A stretch of DNA of 64,000 nucleotides from an uncultured Gemmatimonadaceae bacterium (GTDB lineage Bacteria; Gemmatimonadota; Gemmatimonadetes; Gemmatimonadales; Gemmatimonadaceae). The translations under genes and the position numbers were made by a program. Under the pieces are notes generated by a model. That model was given only the letters and a program-made list of their open reading frames with translations, ran no database searches and was not told the DNA's origin. Location: NCBI GenBank assembly GCA_963843845.1, contig CAWJMB010000002.1, forward strand, positions 1,120,001 to 1,184,000. Direction: 5' to 3'. Shown here in pieces: positions 23,961-36,060 of the stretch (the stretch's first letter is position 1; each line of letters begins with the position of its first letter).

Positions 23961-25383
23961 ATGACGACGACCGACCGCCCGCGGCGGCTGGCCCTGCTCG
24001 CACTCACCGGAGCGGCTGCGCTGGCGCTGGCCGCGTGCAGCTCCACCGACTATCCCAACTCGATCTTCACGCAGAACACCGAGGTCAACACCGACGTCGG
24101 TCATCTGTTCAACCGGTTGTTCCTCTTCGGCACGATCGTCTTCGTGCTCGTCGAGGCGCTGCTCCTCTACGCGATCTTCCGCTTCCGCGCGAAGCCGGGG
24201 CAGGGAGAGCCGGAGCACGTACACGGCAACACGACGCTCGAGGTGCTGTGGACGGCGATCCCGGCGGTCATCCTCCTGTTCATCGCCGTGCCGACCGTGC
24301 GGACGATCTTCCGCACGCAGGCGAAGGCGCGCGCCGGGGCGCTCGAGGTCGAGGTGATCGGGCACCAGTGGTGGTGGGAGTTCAAGTATCCGCAGTACAC
24401 CACGACGCGCGCGAACGGCAAGGTCGACACGCTGACGACGGCGAACGAGATCTACTTTCCCGCCGGCCGCACGGTGAACTTCAAGCTCCGGACGGCGGAC
24501 GTCATTCACTCGTTCTGGATCCCGGCGCTGTCCGGGAAGCGCGACGTGATGCCGAACCACACGAACTACATCTGGTTCACGCCGGATTCGGCGCTCGGCG
24601 CGGCCGTGTGGAACGGGCACTGTGCGGAGTACTGCGGCGTCGTCGCACGCGAACATGAAGTTCCGCGCCTATACCGTCACCACCGAGCAGTTCGACAGTT
24701 GGACGCGCGGGCAGCTCGCGCTGGCGGCGTTCGGCGCCGCGCCCGCGGCTCCGACGACTCCGGCGCCGGGCGCAGCGACCGGCGACTCGGCCGCGGCGCG
24801 CGCCGTCTCGATGCAGGCCGGCGCGCAGCCCGGCCCGAATCAGCCGGCCGGGACCAACCCGCTGCCGGCTGACGCCGCGGCCCGCGCCGGCACGTCGGCC
24901 GGTTCGCCGACGCCGCTGCCCACCGCGCAGCAGGCGGTCGGTGCCGCGGGCACGATGGAGGCCGGATACACGTTCCCGGCCGCTCAGCTGACGACGCACA
25001 CGCGCGCCTACACGCCGATTCCCGACGGGCTCACGATCGACACGAACCTCAAGGGCGATCCGGCGCGGGGGCAGGCGGCGTTCCTCTCGTGCATCGGGTG
25101 CCACGCGATCCGCGGGAACCCCATCGCCGCCGGCGTGATCGGGCCGAACCTCACGCACGTCGGCTCGCGGAACACGATCGCCGCGGGGCTCTTCCCGAAC
25201 GACACGCGTCACCTCGCGCTCTGGATCAAGAACGCGCGGGCGATGAAGCCTGGTGTCACGATGCCGACGTTGGGCCTCGGTCAGTACGACCCGGTGACGA
25301 AAGCGCAGGCGTCGAAGGCGACCGGCGGCCTCACCGATCAGCAGATCATGGACATCGTCGCTTACCTCCAGGCGCTGAAGTAA
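23961..25383 (+). CDS. coxB: Cytochrome c oxidase subunit II with fused cytochrome c, caa3 type (frameshift near 24640)
   Basis: Lipobox ALAAC, GHQWWWEF, DVIHSFWIP, CAEYCG..HANM (CuA) and CIGCH (haem c). Confidence 0.92.
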
Positions 25384-25399
25384 CGGAGCACCGAGACTC

Positions 25400-27402
25400 A
25401 TGGCCACCATCGTATCCGCTCCCGCCTACGCGCCGGCGCAGGAAGCCGCTCCAGACCGGACTGTGGAGCTGGCTCACCACGGTCGATCACAAGCGGATCG
25501 GCATTCTGTATCTGTTCACGTCGCTGTTCTTCTTCGTCTGGGGCGGGCTCGAGGCGTTCATCATCCGCCTGCAGCTCGCCGCAGCCGAACGGGACGGTCG
25601 TGACGGCCGATCAGTACAATCAGCTGTTCACGATGCACGGCACGACGATGGTCTTCCTCGCCATCATGCCGCTGTCGGCCGTGTTCTTCAACTACCTGAT
25701 CCCGCTGCAGATCGGCGCGCGCGACGTCGCCTTCCCGCGGCTGAACGCGTTCTCGCTACTGGATCTATCTGCTGGGCGGCATCTTCATCACGCTGCCGAT
25801 CCTGTTCCAGGTCGCGCCGGACGGCGGCTGGTTCGGCTACACCCCGCTCACGACGAAGCAGTCGTCGCCCGGAATCAACATCGATTTCTGGGTCATCGGG
25901 CTGCAGATCCTCGGCATCTCGACGCTCGCGGCGAGCTTCAACTTCATCACCACGATCGTCAACATGCGCGCGCCCGGAATGAATCTGTTCCGGATGCCGA
26001 TGTTCACGTGGAACGCGTTCGTCATGCAGTTCCTGATCCTGCTGGCGTTCCCGGTCATCACGATCGCGCTGCAGTTCCTGATCTTCGACCGCTTCTTCGG
26101 CACGAACTTCTACACGACCGCGGCGGGCGGCGACCCGCTGCTCTGGCAGCACCTGTTCTGGATCTTCGGGCACCCCGAGGTCTACATCCTCATCCTGCCG
26201 GCGTTCGGCCTCGTGTCGGAGGTCATCCCGACGTTCAGCCGCAAGCCGATCTTCGGCTACCCGGTCATGGTGCTACGCGACGGTGCTCATCGGCTTCCTC
26301 GGCTTCGGCGTGTGGGCGCACCACATGTTCTCGGTCGGCATGGGGCCGGTCGCCGACTCGGTGTTCAGCCTCACGACGATGCTGATCGCGATCCCGACGG
26401 GCGTGAAGATCTTCAACTGGATCTCCACGATGTGGGGCGGCGCGCTGCGCTTCACGACGGCGATGAAGTTCGCCACGGCGCTCGTCGGGCTGTTCACGAT
26501 CGGCGGCATCTCCGGCGTCATGCACTCGTCGCCGCCGGCCGACCTGCAGCAGACCGACACGTACTTCATCGTCGCCCACTTCCACTACGTGCTCTTCGGC
26601 GGCTCGATGTTCGGCATCTTCGCCGGGATCTACCACTACTTCCCGAAGATGACCGGCCGCCTGCTGAACGAGTCGCTCGGGCAATTGGCAGCTTCTGGCT
26701 CATGTTCATCGGCATGAACGTCGACGTTCTTCCCGATGCACTTCAGCGGCCTGCTCGGCATGCCGCGCCGCATCTACACGTACGACGACAATCAGGGGTA
26801 CAGCGGGTTCAACCTGGCGTCGACGATCGGCACCGTGATCCTCATCATCGGCGTCGGAATCACGCTGTGGAACCTGTGGCGGAGCCGCAAGCACGGCGCG
26901 ATCGCCGGGAACGATCCCTGGCAGGCGCGGCACGCTCGAGTGGAGCATTCCGTCGCCCCCGCCCGAATACAACTTCGCGGAGATTCCGCGCGTGACGTCG
27001 CGCTACCCGCTGTGGGACGTGACCCACCCGGAGCTGACGAAGGAAGTGCCGCACACGCAGCGTGGCGATCAGCGCATGGGCATCGCCGTCGGCGAGGGCG
27101 TCGACGGGAGAGAAGTCGGGTCGGCGCACCCGAATCCGGCGAACAGCGATGCCGAAGTCGCCGGCGCGCGCATGCACGTGGAGCGCACCACCCACAAGAC
27201 CGCGCGACAGCTCGGCATTCCGATGCCGAACCCGTCGATCATGCCGCTCGTCTGTGCGACCGGCGTCGTCGTGATGTTCTGCGGGCTGCTCTTCCTCGAC
27301 CGGAGCACGACGACGGGCGTCGGGATCATGGCGTTCGGCGCCGTGTGGTGGATCGGGTCGCTCTACAACTGGCTCACCACCCCGCTCGAGGACGCGCACT
27401 GA
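25400..27402 (+). CDS. coxA: Cytochrome c oxidase subunit I, A1 type (multiple frameshifts)
   Basis: Motifs [52 protein letters not shown] and GMPRR, spread over several frames. Confidence 0.93.
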
Positions 27403-27403
27403 G

Positions 27404-28096
27404 ATGGCGACCGTAGACACGATGGCGATGGACGCGCACCTGCCGCACCCCGCCGACGCGCACGGCGGCGGCGGGCACTACACGACGACGGGGCTCGACC
27501 ACCGCAAGATCGCGATCTGGGCCTTCATCGGCTCGGAGTGCATGCTCTTCACGTCGCTCATCTCGACCTACCTGATCTACAAGGGTCGCTCGCTCGTCGG
27601 GCCGCTGCCCCACGAGGTGTGGCGCAACCCGCAGACGGGAAAGGTGCTCCCGGCGATCCTGAACATCCCGGTGACATCGGCGTCGACGTTCGTGCTGCTC
27701 ATGTCGTCGCTCGCCATGGTGCTCGCGCACGACGCGGTCGTGCACGCCGACAGCCCGACGCGCAAGGCGTGGCAGAGCTCGAAGCTGTGGCTCGCGATGA
27801 CGGCGATCCTCGGCACCGTGTTCCTCGGCTTCCAGGCGTTCGAGTTCACGTCGTTCGTGCACGAAGGGCTGACGATCCGCACGAACCTGTTCGGCTCGAC
27901 GTTCTTCACGCTCACCGGCTTTCACGGCGGCCACGTGACGGCCGGCGTCGTGTGGCTGCTGACGCTCCTCGCGATCGACTTCAAGCGTGGGCTCGGACCG
28001 AAGGACGCGCTGAACGTCGACCTCGCGGCGCTCTACTGGCACTTCGTCGACGTGGTGTGGATCGTGATCTTCACGCTCGTCTATCTCATTCAGTAG
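27404..28096 (+). CDS. coxC: Cytochrome c oxidase subunit III
   Basis: Motifs FIGSECMLF, FFTLTGFHGGHV and YWHFVDVVW. Confidence 0.95.
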   Translation: MATVDTMAMDAHLPHPADAHGGGGHYTTTGLDHRKIAIWAFIGSECMLFTSLISTYLIYKGRSLVGPLPHEVWRNPQTGKVLPAILNIPVTSASTFVLLMSSLAMVLAHDAVVHADSPTRKAWQSSKLWLAMTAILGTVFLGFQAFEFTSFVHEGLTIRTNLFGSTFFTLTGFHGGHVTAGVVWLLTLLAIDFKRGLGPKDALNVDLAALYWHFVDVVWIVIFTLVYLIQ

Positions 28097-28106
28097 GAAC
28101 GCGACC

Positions 28107-28466
28107 ATGGCGAAAGTCACCGGCCACGCCGAGGCGCACGCGCACGACATGAACGACTCGCACGCCGGGCATCCGACGGCGGGCGTCTACCTCAAGGTCG
28201 GCGTCATCCTGACGCTCATCACCGTCGTCGAGGTGTGGGCGTACTACATCCCTGCGCTCGTCGCGTCGAACTTCTTCGTGCCGCTGCTGCTGATCCTGTC
28301 GGCGGTGAAGTTCGTGATCGTCGTCCTGTTCTACATGCACCTCAAGTACGACCACCGGCTGTTCCGCGCGCTGTTCACCGGCCCCTTCATCGTCGCCGCG
28401 TTCACGATGCTCGGGCTCATGTTCCTGTTCGGAAAGCTCGCGGTCCGGCTCGGGATTCTGACCTGA
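28107..28466 (+). CDS. coxD: Cytochrome c oxidase subunit IV (prokaryotic)
   Basis: Three TM helices with KF..VVLFYMHLKYD, and its position in the operon. Confidence 0.85.
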   Translation: MAKVTGHAEAHAHDMNDSHAGHPTAGVYLKVGVILTLITVVEVWAYYIPALVASNFFVPLLLILSAVKFVIVVLFYMHLKYDHRLFRALFTGPFIVAAFTMLGLMFLFGKLAVRLGILT

Positions 28467-28471
28467 CGCGC

Positions 28472-29302
28472 ATGCTGCTCCTGCTGCACCCGGTCGTCAC
28501 GGCCGGTCAGACGTTCTCCGTTCACCCGAGCACCGCGATCGGCATCGCGGTGCTCGGTGCGTTGTACGCCTGGCGCGCCCGCACCGCGCCCGCCACCGCC
28601 CCGCGTGCGGCCTCGCCGAGTCTCGCGCAGCGGCTGTCGTTCTACGGCGCGCTCGCCGTGCTGTTCTTCACGCTGAACGGCCCGGTGCACGACCTGAGCG
28701 ACACGTATCTGTTCAGCGCGCACATGGTGCAGCACCTGGTCCTGACGCTCGTCGTGCCGCCGATGCTCATCGGCGGGACGCCCGGCTGGATGCTGCGCCC
28801 GCTGCTCCGTCCGCGCTGGAGCCGCGCGCTCGCGCTGCGCGCGCTGTCGCCGATCGGCTGCTTCGTGCTGTTCAACGCCGTGCTCGCGGCGTGGCACCTC
28901 CCCCCGCTCTACAACCTCGCGCTGGCCGAGCACGACGTGCACATCACGCAGCACCTGCTGTTCATCGCGGCGTCGGTCGTGATGTGGTGGCCGCTGCTGA
29001 GCCCCCTCCCCGAGCTGCCGCGGCTCTCGTATCCGGGGCAGATGCTGTACTGCTTCCTGATGACGATCCCGATGTCCATCATCGCGATCTACATCACGAT
29101 GGCGGACCGGCTGCTCTATCCGGCCTACGCGATCGCCCCGCGCGTGTGGGGGCTGACGCCGATGGAGGATCAGCACTACGGGGGGCTCATCATGTGGATC
29201 CCCGGCGGGCTGTTCTTCTATGGCGTGATGACGGTCGTCTTCATCCGGTGGGCCACGCGAGGGCAGGGCGCGGACACGCAGGCGGCGGCGCAGGTGGCGT
29301 AG
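28472..29302 (+). CDS. ctaG: caa3-type oxidase assembly factor (Caa3_CtaG)
   Basis: Motifs LFSAHMVQHL, AWHLPPLY, HITQHL and DQHYGGLIMW. Confidence 0.9.
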   Translation: MLLLLHPVVTAGQTFSVHPSTAIGIAVLGALYAWRARTAPATAPRAASPSLAQRLSFYGALAVLFFTLNGPVHDLSDTYLFSAHMVQHLVLTLVVPPMLIGGTPGWMLRPLLRPRWSRALALRALSPIGCFVLFNAVLAAWHLPPLYNLALAEHDVHITQHLLFIAASVVMWWPLLSPLPELPRLSYPGQMLYCFLMTIPMSIIAIYITMADRLLYPAYAIAPRVWGLTPMEDQHYGGLIMWIPGGLFFYGVMTVVFIRWATRGQGADTQAAAQVA

Positions 29303-29322
29303 CGCGCGGCCGTGCGCACGCA

Positions 29323-29434
29323 CCGCCCCACCTCGTCCGCCCTGAGACCACCGCATCACCGCCCTTCACCCGCGGTTCAACGGCGGTCAACCGGCGGTGA
29401 TGCGGAAGCCGGGAGGGCGGACGAGGTGGGGCGG
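29323..29434. repeat. 112-bp nested inverted-repeat element
   Basis: Perfect 21-bp outer IR (29323-29343/29414-29434) and 13-bp inner IR (29351-29363/29393-29405). Confidence 0.85.
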
Positions 29435-29486
29435 ACGGGCTCAGTGCCGACGGCGCACGGGGTGGGACGGGCCGCCCCCGGGGGCG

Positions 29487-30170
29487 TCAGCCCCGCGCCA
29501 CGATCACGAAGTGCGTCGCGTTGTCCGCGCGGTCCTGCACGTCGCGCGCGAGCACGACGAGCCCGTGGCGCTCGGCGGCGCTCTCGCTCGCGATGACGGC
29601 GAGCGATTCGAGCGACGCGTGCGGCACCGCGTCGAACCACGGCGTGGACAGCCCACGCGGCGCGCCGCCGACGAGCGCGGCGAGCTGACGCGCCGCGCCG
29701 GCGGTGTCGAACGCGTCGTACGGCGCGGCGTGCGGCAGCGCGGCGAGAAAGCGCCCGCACTGCGCGAGCGCGGCGCGATGACTCCCGATCGCGCGCAGAG
29801 TGCGCAGTGTCGCGCCGGGGAGCGCGAGCAGCGCGTGGCGGACCGGGAGCACGAGCTCGTCGACGACGCGCACGTCGTCGTGCTGCGCGAGCAGCTCGGC
29901 GACCCCGGGAATGAGGCCGATCGTGGTGTTCGCGCGCGGAAGGATCGTGAGGTCGACGCGGCCGGCGCGGAGCAGTGCGAGCGCCTGGCCGAAACTCGCG
30001 ACGCCGGTCGTCGTCGCCTCGCCGCGCCACTGCCGCTGCGCGGCGAGCTCGCTGTACGCGCCCGGCTCGCCCTGGTAGGCGACGCGCGGACCGGGCGTGG
30101 TCCCGATCGCGCGGAGCGGTGCGTTCGGGGTCGTGATGCGGCGGAGCGGGGGCGTCCAGGCGGCGATCAT
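29487..30170 (-). CDS. pheA: Prephenate dehydratase-like protein, catalytic domain only
   Basis: Motifs VAYQGEPGAYSE, SHRAALAQC, DTAGAA and DVQD..NATHF. The ORF ends without an ACT domain. Confidence 0.8.
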   Translation of the reverse strand: MIAAWTPPLRRITTPNAPLRAIGTTPGPRVAYQGEPGAYSELAAQRQWRGEATTTGVASFGQALALLRAGRVDLTILPRANTTIGLIPGVAELLAQHDDVRVVDELVLPVRHALLALPGATLRTLRAIGSHRAALAQCGRFLAALPHAAPYDAFDTAGAARQLAALVGGAPRGLSTPWFDAVPHASLESLAVIASESAAERHGLVVLARDVQDRADNATHFVIVARG

Positions 30171-30244
30171 GCGGGCACTTCTCCTCGGCGGGGGGCGTCG
30201 GAGAGAGCGTACGCAGCGGGCCGCGTCAGCGTTGCGGGGCGGAA

Positions 30245-30265
30245 TTTGTATCCGTCGCGTACAAA
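30245..30265. promoter_or_regulatory. Operator-like AT-rich inverted repeat upstream of pheA
   Basis: TTTGTA-N9-TACAAA in an otherwise GC-rich spacer. Confidence 0.4.
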
Positions 30266-30270
30266 CTGCG

Positions 30271-32165
<1,895 letters not shown>

Positions 32166-32169
<4 letters not shown>

Positions 32170-33350
32170 GAGCGGGAGGGGGTGGGGCGCGGCGTCTCTT
32201 TCGCCGCGATCGTCGAGTGCTGCCACACCTGCCACCGCCCGCGCGCCGCGTTCGACATCGCGATGAGCGGAACCGTCTGCACGCGCAGCAGCCAGCGCAC
32301 GCGGTCGGCGAGCTGCCGAACGGTTGCCGGGCGGATCGCCGAGGCGACGCCGACCGCGACCGCGGCGGCGCCGACCAGGAGGGCGGTGGCCGAGGGCGCC
32401 GCGACGAGCGCCGCGCCGAGGAGCGAGAAGGCGATGACCGCGACGAGCAGCGGCGTCGCGAGTCGGAGGATCTTGTGAAACAGGAAGTCGATCCAGATGC
32501 CGTTGCGCCACGGCACGAGGATCGACGGGCGCACGGCGCAGAGCTGCAGCAATCCGGTCATCGTGCGCACCTTGCGATCGAAGTGCTGCTGGCGCGTGAA
32601 GCGCCGATCGTCCACGGCGCGTGCCGCGGTGCACAGTGCGACGCGGTACCCCTGCTGCACGACCTGCATCGTCACGAACAGGTCGTCGCAGATCGTTCCG
32701 GCCGGGATCGGCTCCCACAGCGCGCGCCGCATGGCGTAGATCCCTCCCGAGACGCAGATGATGCTGTGGCGCCGGCTCTGCCCCGTGCGCATCGCGACCT
32801 CGAACTGCCAGTAACGGTCCATCAGGCCGTCGCCGCTCCGCTCCTGCACGACGAGTCCGGAGACGGCGCCAAGCCGCGCGTCGTCGAGCTGCGCCACGAG
32901 ATCGCGCACCGCGTTCTCCGAGAACGACTGTCGCGAGTCGGCGAAGATGAGGATCGGCGTCGTGGCGCGGCGTACGCCGGCATTGAGCGCGGACGCCTTC
33001 CCGCCGGGCGGGTCGCCCTGCACGACCTCCGCCGAGTCGCCGAGGGCGGCGCGGTACTCGGCGAGCGCGTGGGGCGACGTCGCGTCCACGGCGACGAGGA
33101 TCGTCAGGCGCGACGCGGGGAAGTCGGAGGCGCGGAGGTTCGCGACGCGCGTCTGCAAGACGTCCGGCGGCTCGCGCGTCGCGATGACCACCGTCGCGCC
33201 GTCGCCGGTGGCGACCGGCGACGCGTCGACGCCGATCGGGGCCCGCGCGGCGCCGCGTCCCAGCAGCATGAGCAGCCCCGGGTACGCGATCCACGTGACG
33301 CCGAGGAGCACGACGGCGGCGGCGGCGAGCGCGAGGAGGGCGGTGATCAT
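32166..33350 (-). CDS. Glycosyltransferase family 2, membrane-bound
   Basis: Motifs GKASALN, IFADS, SGGIYAMRR, CDDL and RKVRT. TM segments at both ends. ATGA overlap with aspA. Confidence 0.88.
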
Positions 33351-33389
33351 CGGTTCAAGTATAGCGTCGGCTGGAGAGGCGCAGGATTC

Positions 33390-33463
33390 GCGCGGACGGC
33401 GACCGGTGAGCGACCGGGGAGCGACCAGTCGCTCTCCGGTCGCTCCCCGGTCGCTGTCCGCGC
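33390..33463. repeat. 36-bp-arm palindrome built from 11-mer GCGACCGG(G/T)GA repeats
   Basis: Arms 33390-33425 and 33428-33463 pair with 3 mismatches around a 2-nt loop. Confidence 0.85.
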
Positions 33464-33490
33464 TCCGTGAGTGGACGTATACTCTCGCGG

Positions 33491-34666
33491 ATGAGCAACT
33501 CCACCCACGTCACTCGTCGCGGATTCGTCGGCGCGACGGCGGCCGGCCTTGCGTTTCCGCGCATCACCAACGTGCTCGATCGCGCCGCGCCGGACGCGCG
33601 CACTGCGCCGCCCGGTGTGCGGCCGGTCATCGTGTCGTCGGACAACGGCTACACGGCCGACGCGAGCGGCAAGCGCGGCATCCAGGTCGCGTACGACATG
33701 ATCGCGCGCGGCAGCGACCCGCTCGATGCGATCGTCGCCGGCGTGAATGTCGTCGAGCTCAATCCCGACGACCAGTCGGTCGGACTCGGCGGGGTGCCGA
33801 ACGAAGACGGCGTGGTGCAGCTCGATGCCAGCTGCATGCACGGTCCGACGAAGCGCGCCGGCTCGGTCGCGTGTCTCGAAGGGATCGCGACGCCGGCGAG
33901 CGTGGCGAAGGCGGTGATGGATCACACCGACCACGTCATGCTCGTCGGGCAGGACGCGAAGAAGTTCGCGCTTCGGATGGGCTTCACCGAGCAGAACCTG
34001 CTCACCGAGAAGAGCCGCGCGTCGTGGCTGCGCTGGAAGCAGCGCGGCGGCGACGTGCGCAACTGGATCGACACGCGGCCTTCGGCGCGGCGGACCGGTG
34101 CCGTCTTCCAGCCGCACAACGCCTGGGCCGACGACGGCGCCCTCGAGTACACGACGGGGACGATCAACATGAACGTCGTCACCGCGAGCGGGGACATCGC
34201 GAGCGTGACGACGACGAGCGGGCTGTCGTGGAAGATACCGGGGCGAATCGGCGACAGCCCGATCATCGGGGCAGGGCAGTACTGCGACAACACCGTCGGT
34301 GCCGCCGGCTCGACGGGGCGCGGTGAGGCGAACATCAAGGTCTGCGGCGCCTTCCTCGCCGTGGAGTTCATGCGGCAGGGGATGGACCCGGAGACGGCGC
34401 TCATGAAGGTGATGGAGCGCGTCATCGCGATGACGGAGCCGCGACTGCTGAACGAGCGCGGGCGGCCGTACTTCGACCTGCAGTACTACGCGGTCGCGAA
34501 AGACGGACGTTACGCCGGCGCGACGGCATACGAGGGCTCGTCGTTCGCCGTGGCCGACGCGAAGGGCGCCCGGCTGGAGAAGATGGCGTATCTGTACAAG
34601 GCGAGCGAGCGGCCGACGGATCAGCCGATCTCGGGGATGGCGCCACCCGACCCGAAGCGGCCGTAA
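33491..34666 (+). CDS. Tat-exported N4-(beta-N-acetylglucosaminyl)-L-asparaginase (Ntn hydrolase)
   Basis: TRRGFVG Tat signal, SVGLGGVP, QLDASCM, GTI nucleophile site, TSGL..KIPGRIGDSPIIGAG and STGRGE. Confidence 0.9.
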   Translation: MSNSTHVTRRGFVGATAAGLAFPRITNVLDRAAPDARTAPPGVRPVIVSSDNGYTADASGKRGIQVAYDMIARGSDPLDAIVAGVNVVELNPDDQSVGLGGVPNEDGVVQLDASCMHGPTKRAGSVACLEGIATPASVAKAVMDHTDHVMLVGQDAKKFALRMGFTEQNLLTEKSRASWLRWKQRGGDVRNWIDTRPSARRTGAVFQPHNAWADDGALEYTTGTINMNVVTASGDIASVTTTSGLSWKIPGRIGDSPIIGAGQYCDNTVGAAGSTGRGEANIKVCGAFLAVEFMRQGMDPETALMKVMERVIAMTEPRLLNERGRPYFDLQYYAVAKDGRYAGATAYEGSSFAVADAKGARLEKMAYLYKASERPTDQPISGMAPPDPKRP

Positions 34667-34686
34667 CGGTTCGTCGCGCGGCGGGT

Positions 34687-36036
34687 ATGAGGCACGTGCT
34701 TCCGACCCGCCGCCGTCTCCTCGTCCTCGCCTGTCTCGTCACCGCGTGCGTCACCACCGCGTGTGATCGCGTCGCCGTCCTGAGTCGAGCCGCGCCCGCG
34801 TCGCCGCGCGATCGCTACGTGCGCGCGCTCGAAGACGCCGGGCTCGCCGCGACGGCGCTCGGTCGCGACTGGATCGCGGCGGGAGCGCGGGCGTTCGGGG
34901 GACCGGTCGGTGCGTCGGTGCCGCTCGCGGAGGAGGGGTATTTCGCGTCGGGCGAGGCCACGGCCGCGGCGTACCGGTTCGTCGCGGCCGAGGGGCGTCG
35001 TGTGCAGATCCGCGTCGAAGCCGACGCCGACTCTGGGACACGGCTGTTCGTCGATCTGTGGCGTGTCGGGCGCGACTCGACTGAGCCGGCGCGGCTGGTC
35101 GTAGCGACCGACAGCCTGCGCACCTCGTTCGCGGTCGAGGCCGACGACGGCGACGTCTGGGTGCTGCGCGTGCAGCCCGAGCTGCTGCGCGCCGCGCGCT
35201 ACATGGTGCGCGTCGAGGCGGGGCCGTCGCTCGCGTTCCCCGTGCTCGGTCGCGACACGCGCGCCGTGCAGAGCGCGTTCGGCGCCGACCGCGACGCGGG
35301 GGCGCGTCGGCACGAGGGGATCGACATCTTCGCGCCGAGGGGAACGCCGGCGGTCGCGAGCGCCGACGGCCGCGTGTGGGTCGGCGACAACCGGCTCGGC
35401 GGGCGCGTCGTGTTTCTCCGCGATCCGGTCCGCGGCCAGTCGCTGTACTACGCACACCTGGACACGCAGCTCGTGCGCACCGGCGACGCCGTGCAGGTCG
35501 GCGACACGCTCGGCCGCGTCGGCAACACGGGCAACGCGCGGACGACGGCGCCCCACCTGCACTTCGGCATCTATCGCCCCGGCCGGCGCGCGATCGATCC
35601 GTTCCCATTCGTCGACACGCGCACTGCGACGGCGCCGGCGCTCGACGCGGATGCGGCGTGGCTCGGACGGTTGGTGCGCGCGCGGAGGGCGACGGCGCTT
35701 CGCGACTCACCGTCGGCGGCGAGCGAAGCGACGCGATCGCTCGCCGCGGAGAGCCTCGCGATCGTCGACGGAGTGGCGGCTGGCGGCTGGCTTCGCGTGC
35801 GGCTCCCCGACGCGTCGACCGGCTACGTGGGCGTTCGGTCGATCGAGCGGGCGGACGGCCGACTGGGCACGGCCGCGGTCGCGGCGGGACGCGTGCTGCG
35901 CGAGCGGCCTGACTCGTCAGCTGCTACGACGCTCGTCGCAACGGGTGCGCGGACGGCCTCGGTCTTCGGGCGCTTCGCCGGCTTCCGGCTCGTCGACGTC
36001 GACGGCCGGCGTGGGTGGCTGGCGGACACCGACTGA
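34687..36036 (+). CDS. M23 metallopeptidase, probable lipoprotein with C-terminal SH3-like repeats
   Basis: Motifs HEGIDIFAPRGT (HxxxD), YYAHL, GNTGNA..HLHFGIY and WLRVRLPD..TGYV. Confidence 0.88.
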   Translation: MRHVLPTRRRLLVLACLVTACVTTACDRVAVLSRAAPASPRDRYVRALEDAGLAATALGRDWIAAGARAFGGPVGASVPLAEEGYFASGEATAAAYRFVAAEGRRVQIRVEADADSGTRLFVDLWRVGRDSTEPARLVVATDSLRTSFAVEADDGDVWVLRVQPELLRAARYMVRVEAGPSLAFPVLGRDTRAVQSAFGADRDAGARRHEGIDIFAPRGTPAVASADGRVWVGDNRLGGRVVFLRDPVRGQSLYYAHLDTQLVRTGDAVQVGDTLGRVGNTGNARTTAPHLHFGIYRPGRRAIDPFPFVDTRTATAPALDADAAWLGRLVRARRATALRDSPSAASEATRSLAAESLAIVDGVAAGGWLRVRLPDASTGYVGVRSIERADGRLGTAAVAAGRVLRERPDSSAATTLVATGARTASVFGRFAGFRLVDVDGRRGWLADTD

Positions 36037-36060
36037 GTGGGCGTTCGCCAGCCTCGTCCT

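Noticed and set aside
33410..33426. ACCGGGGAGCGACC resembling part of a ZTP riboswitch
   Set aside because: The other conserved ZTP elements are missing, and the words are explained by the 11-mer palindromic repeat.
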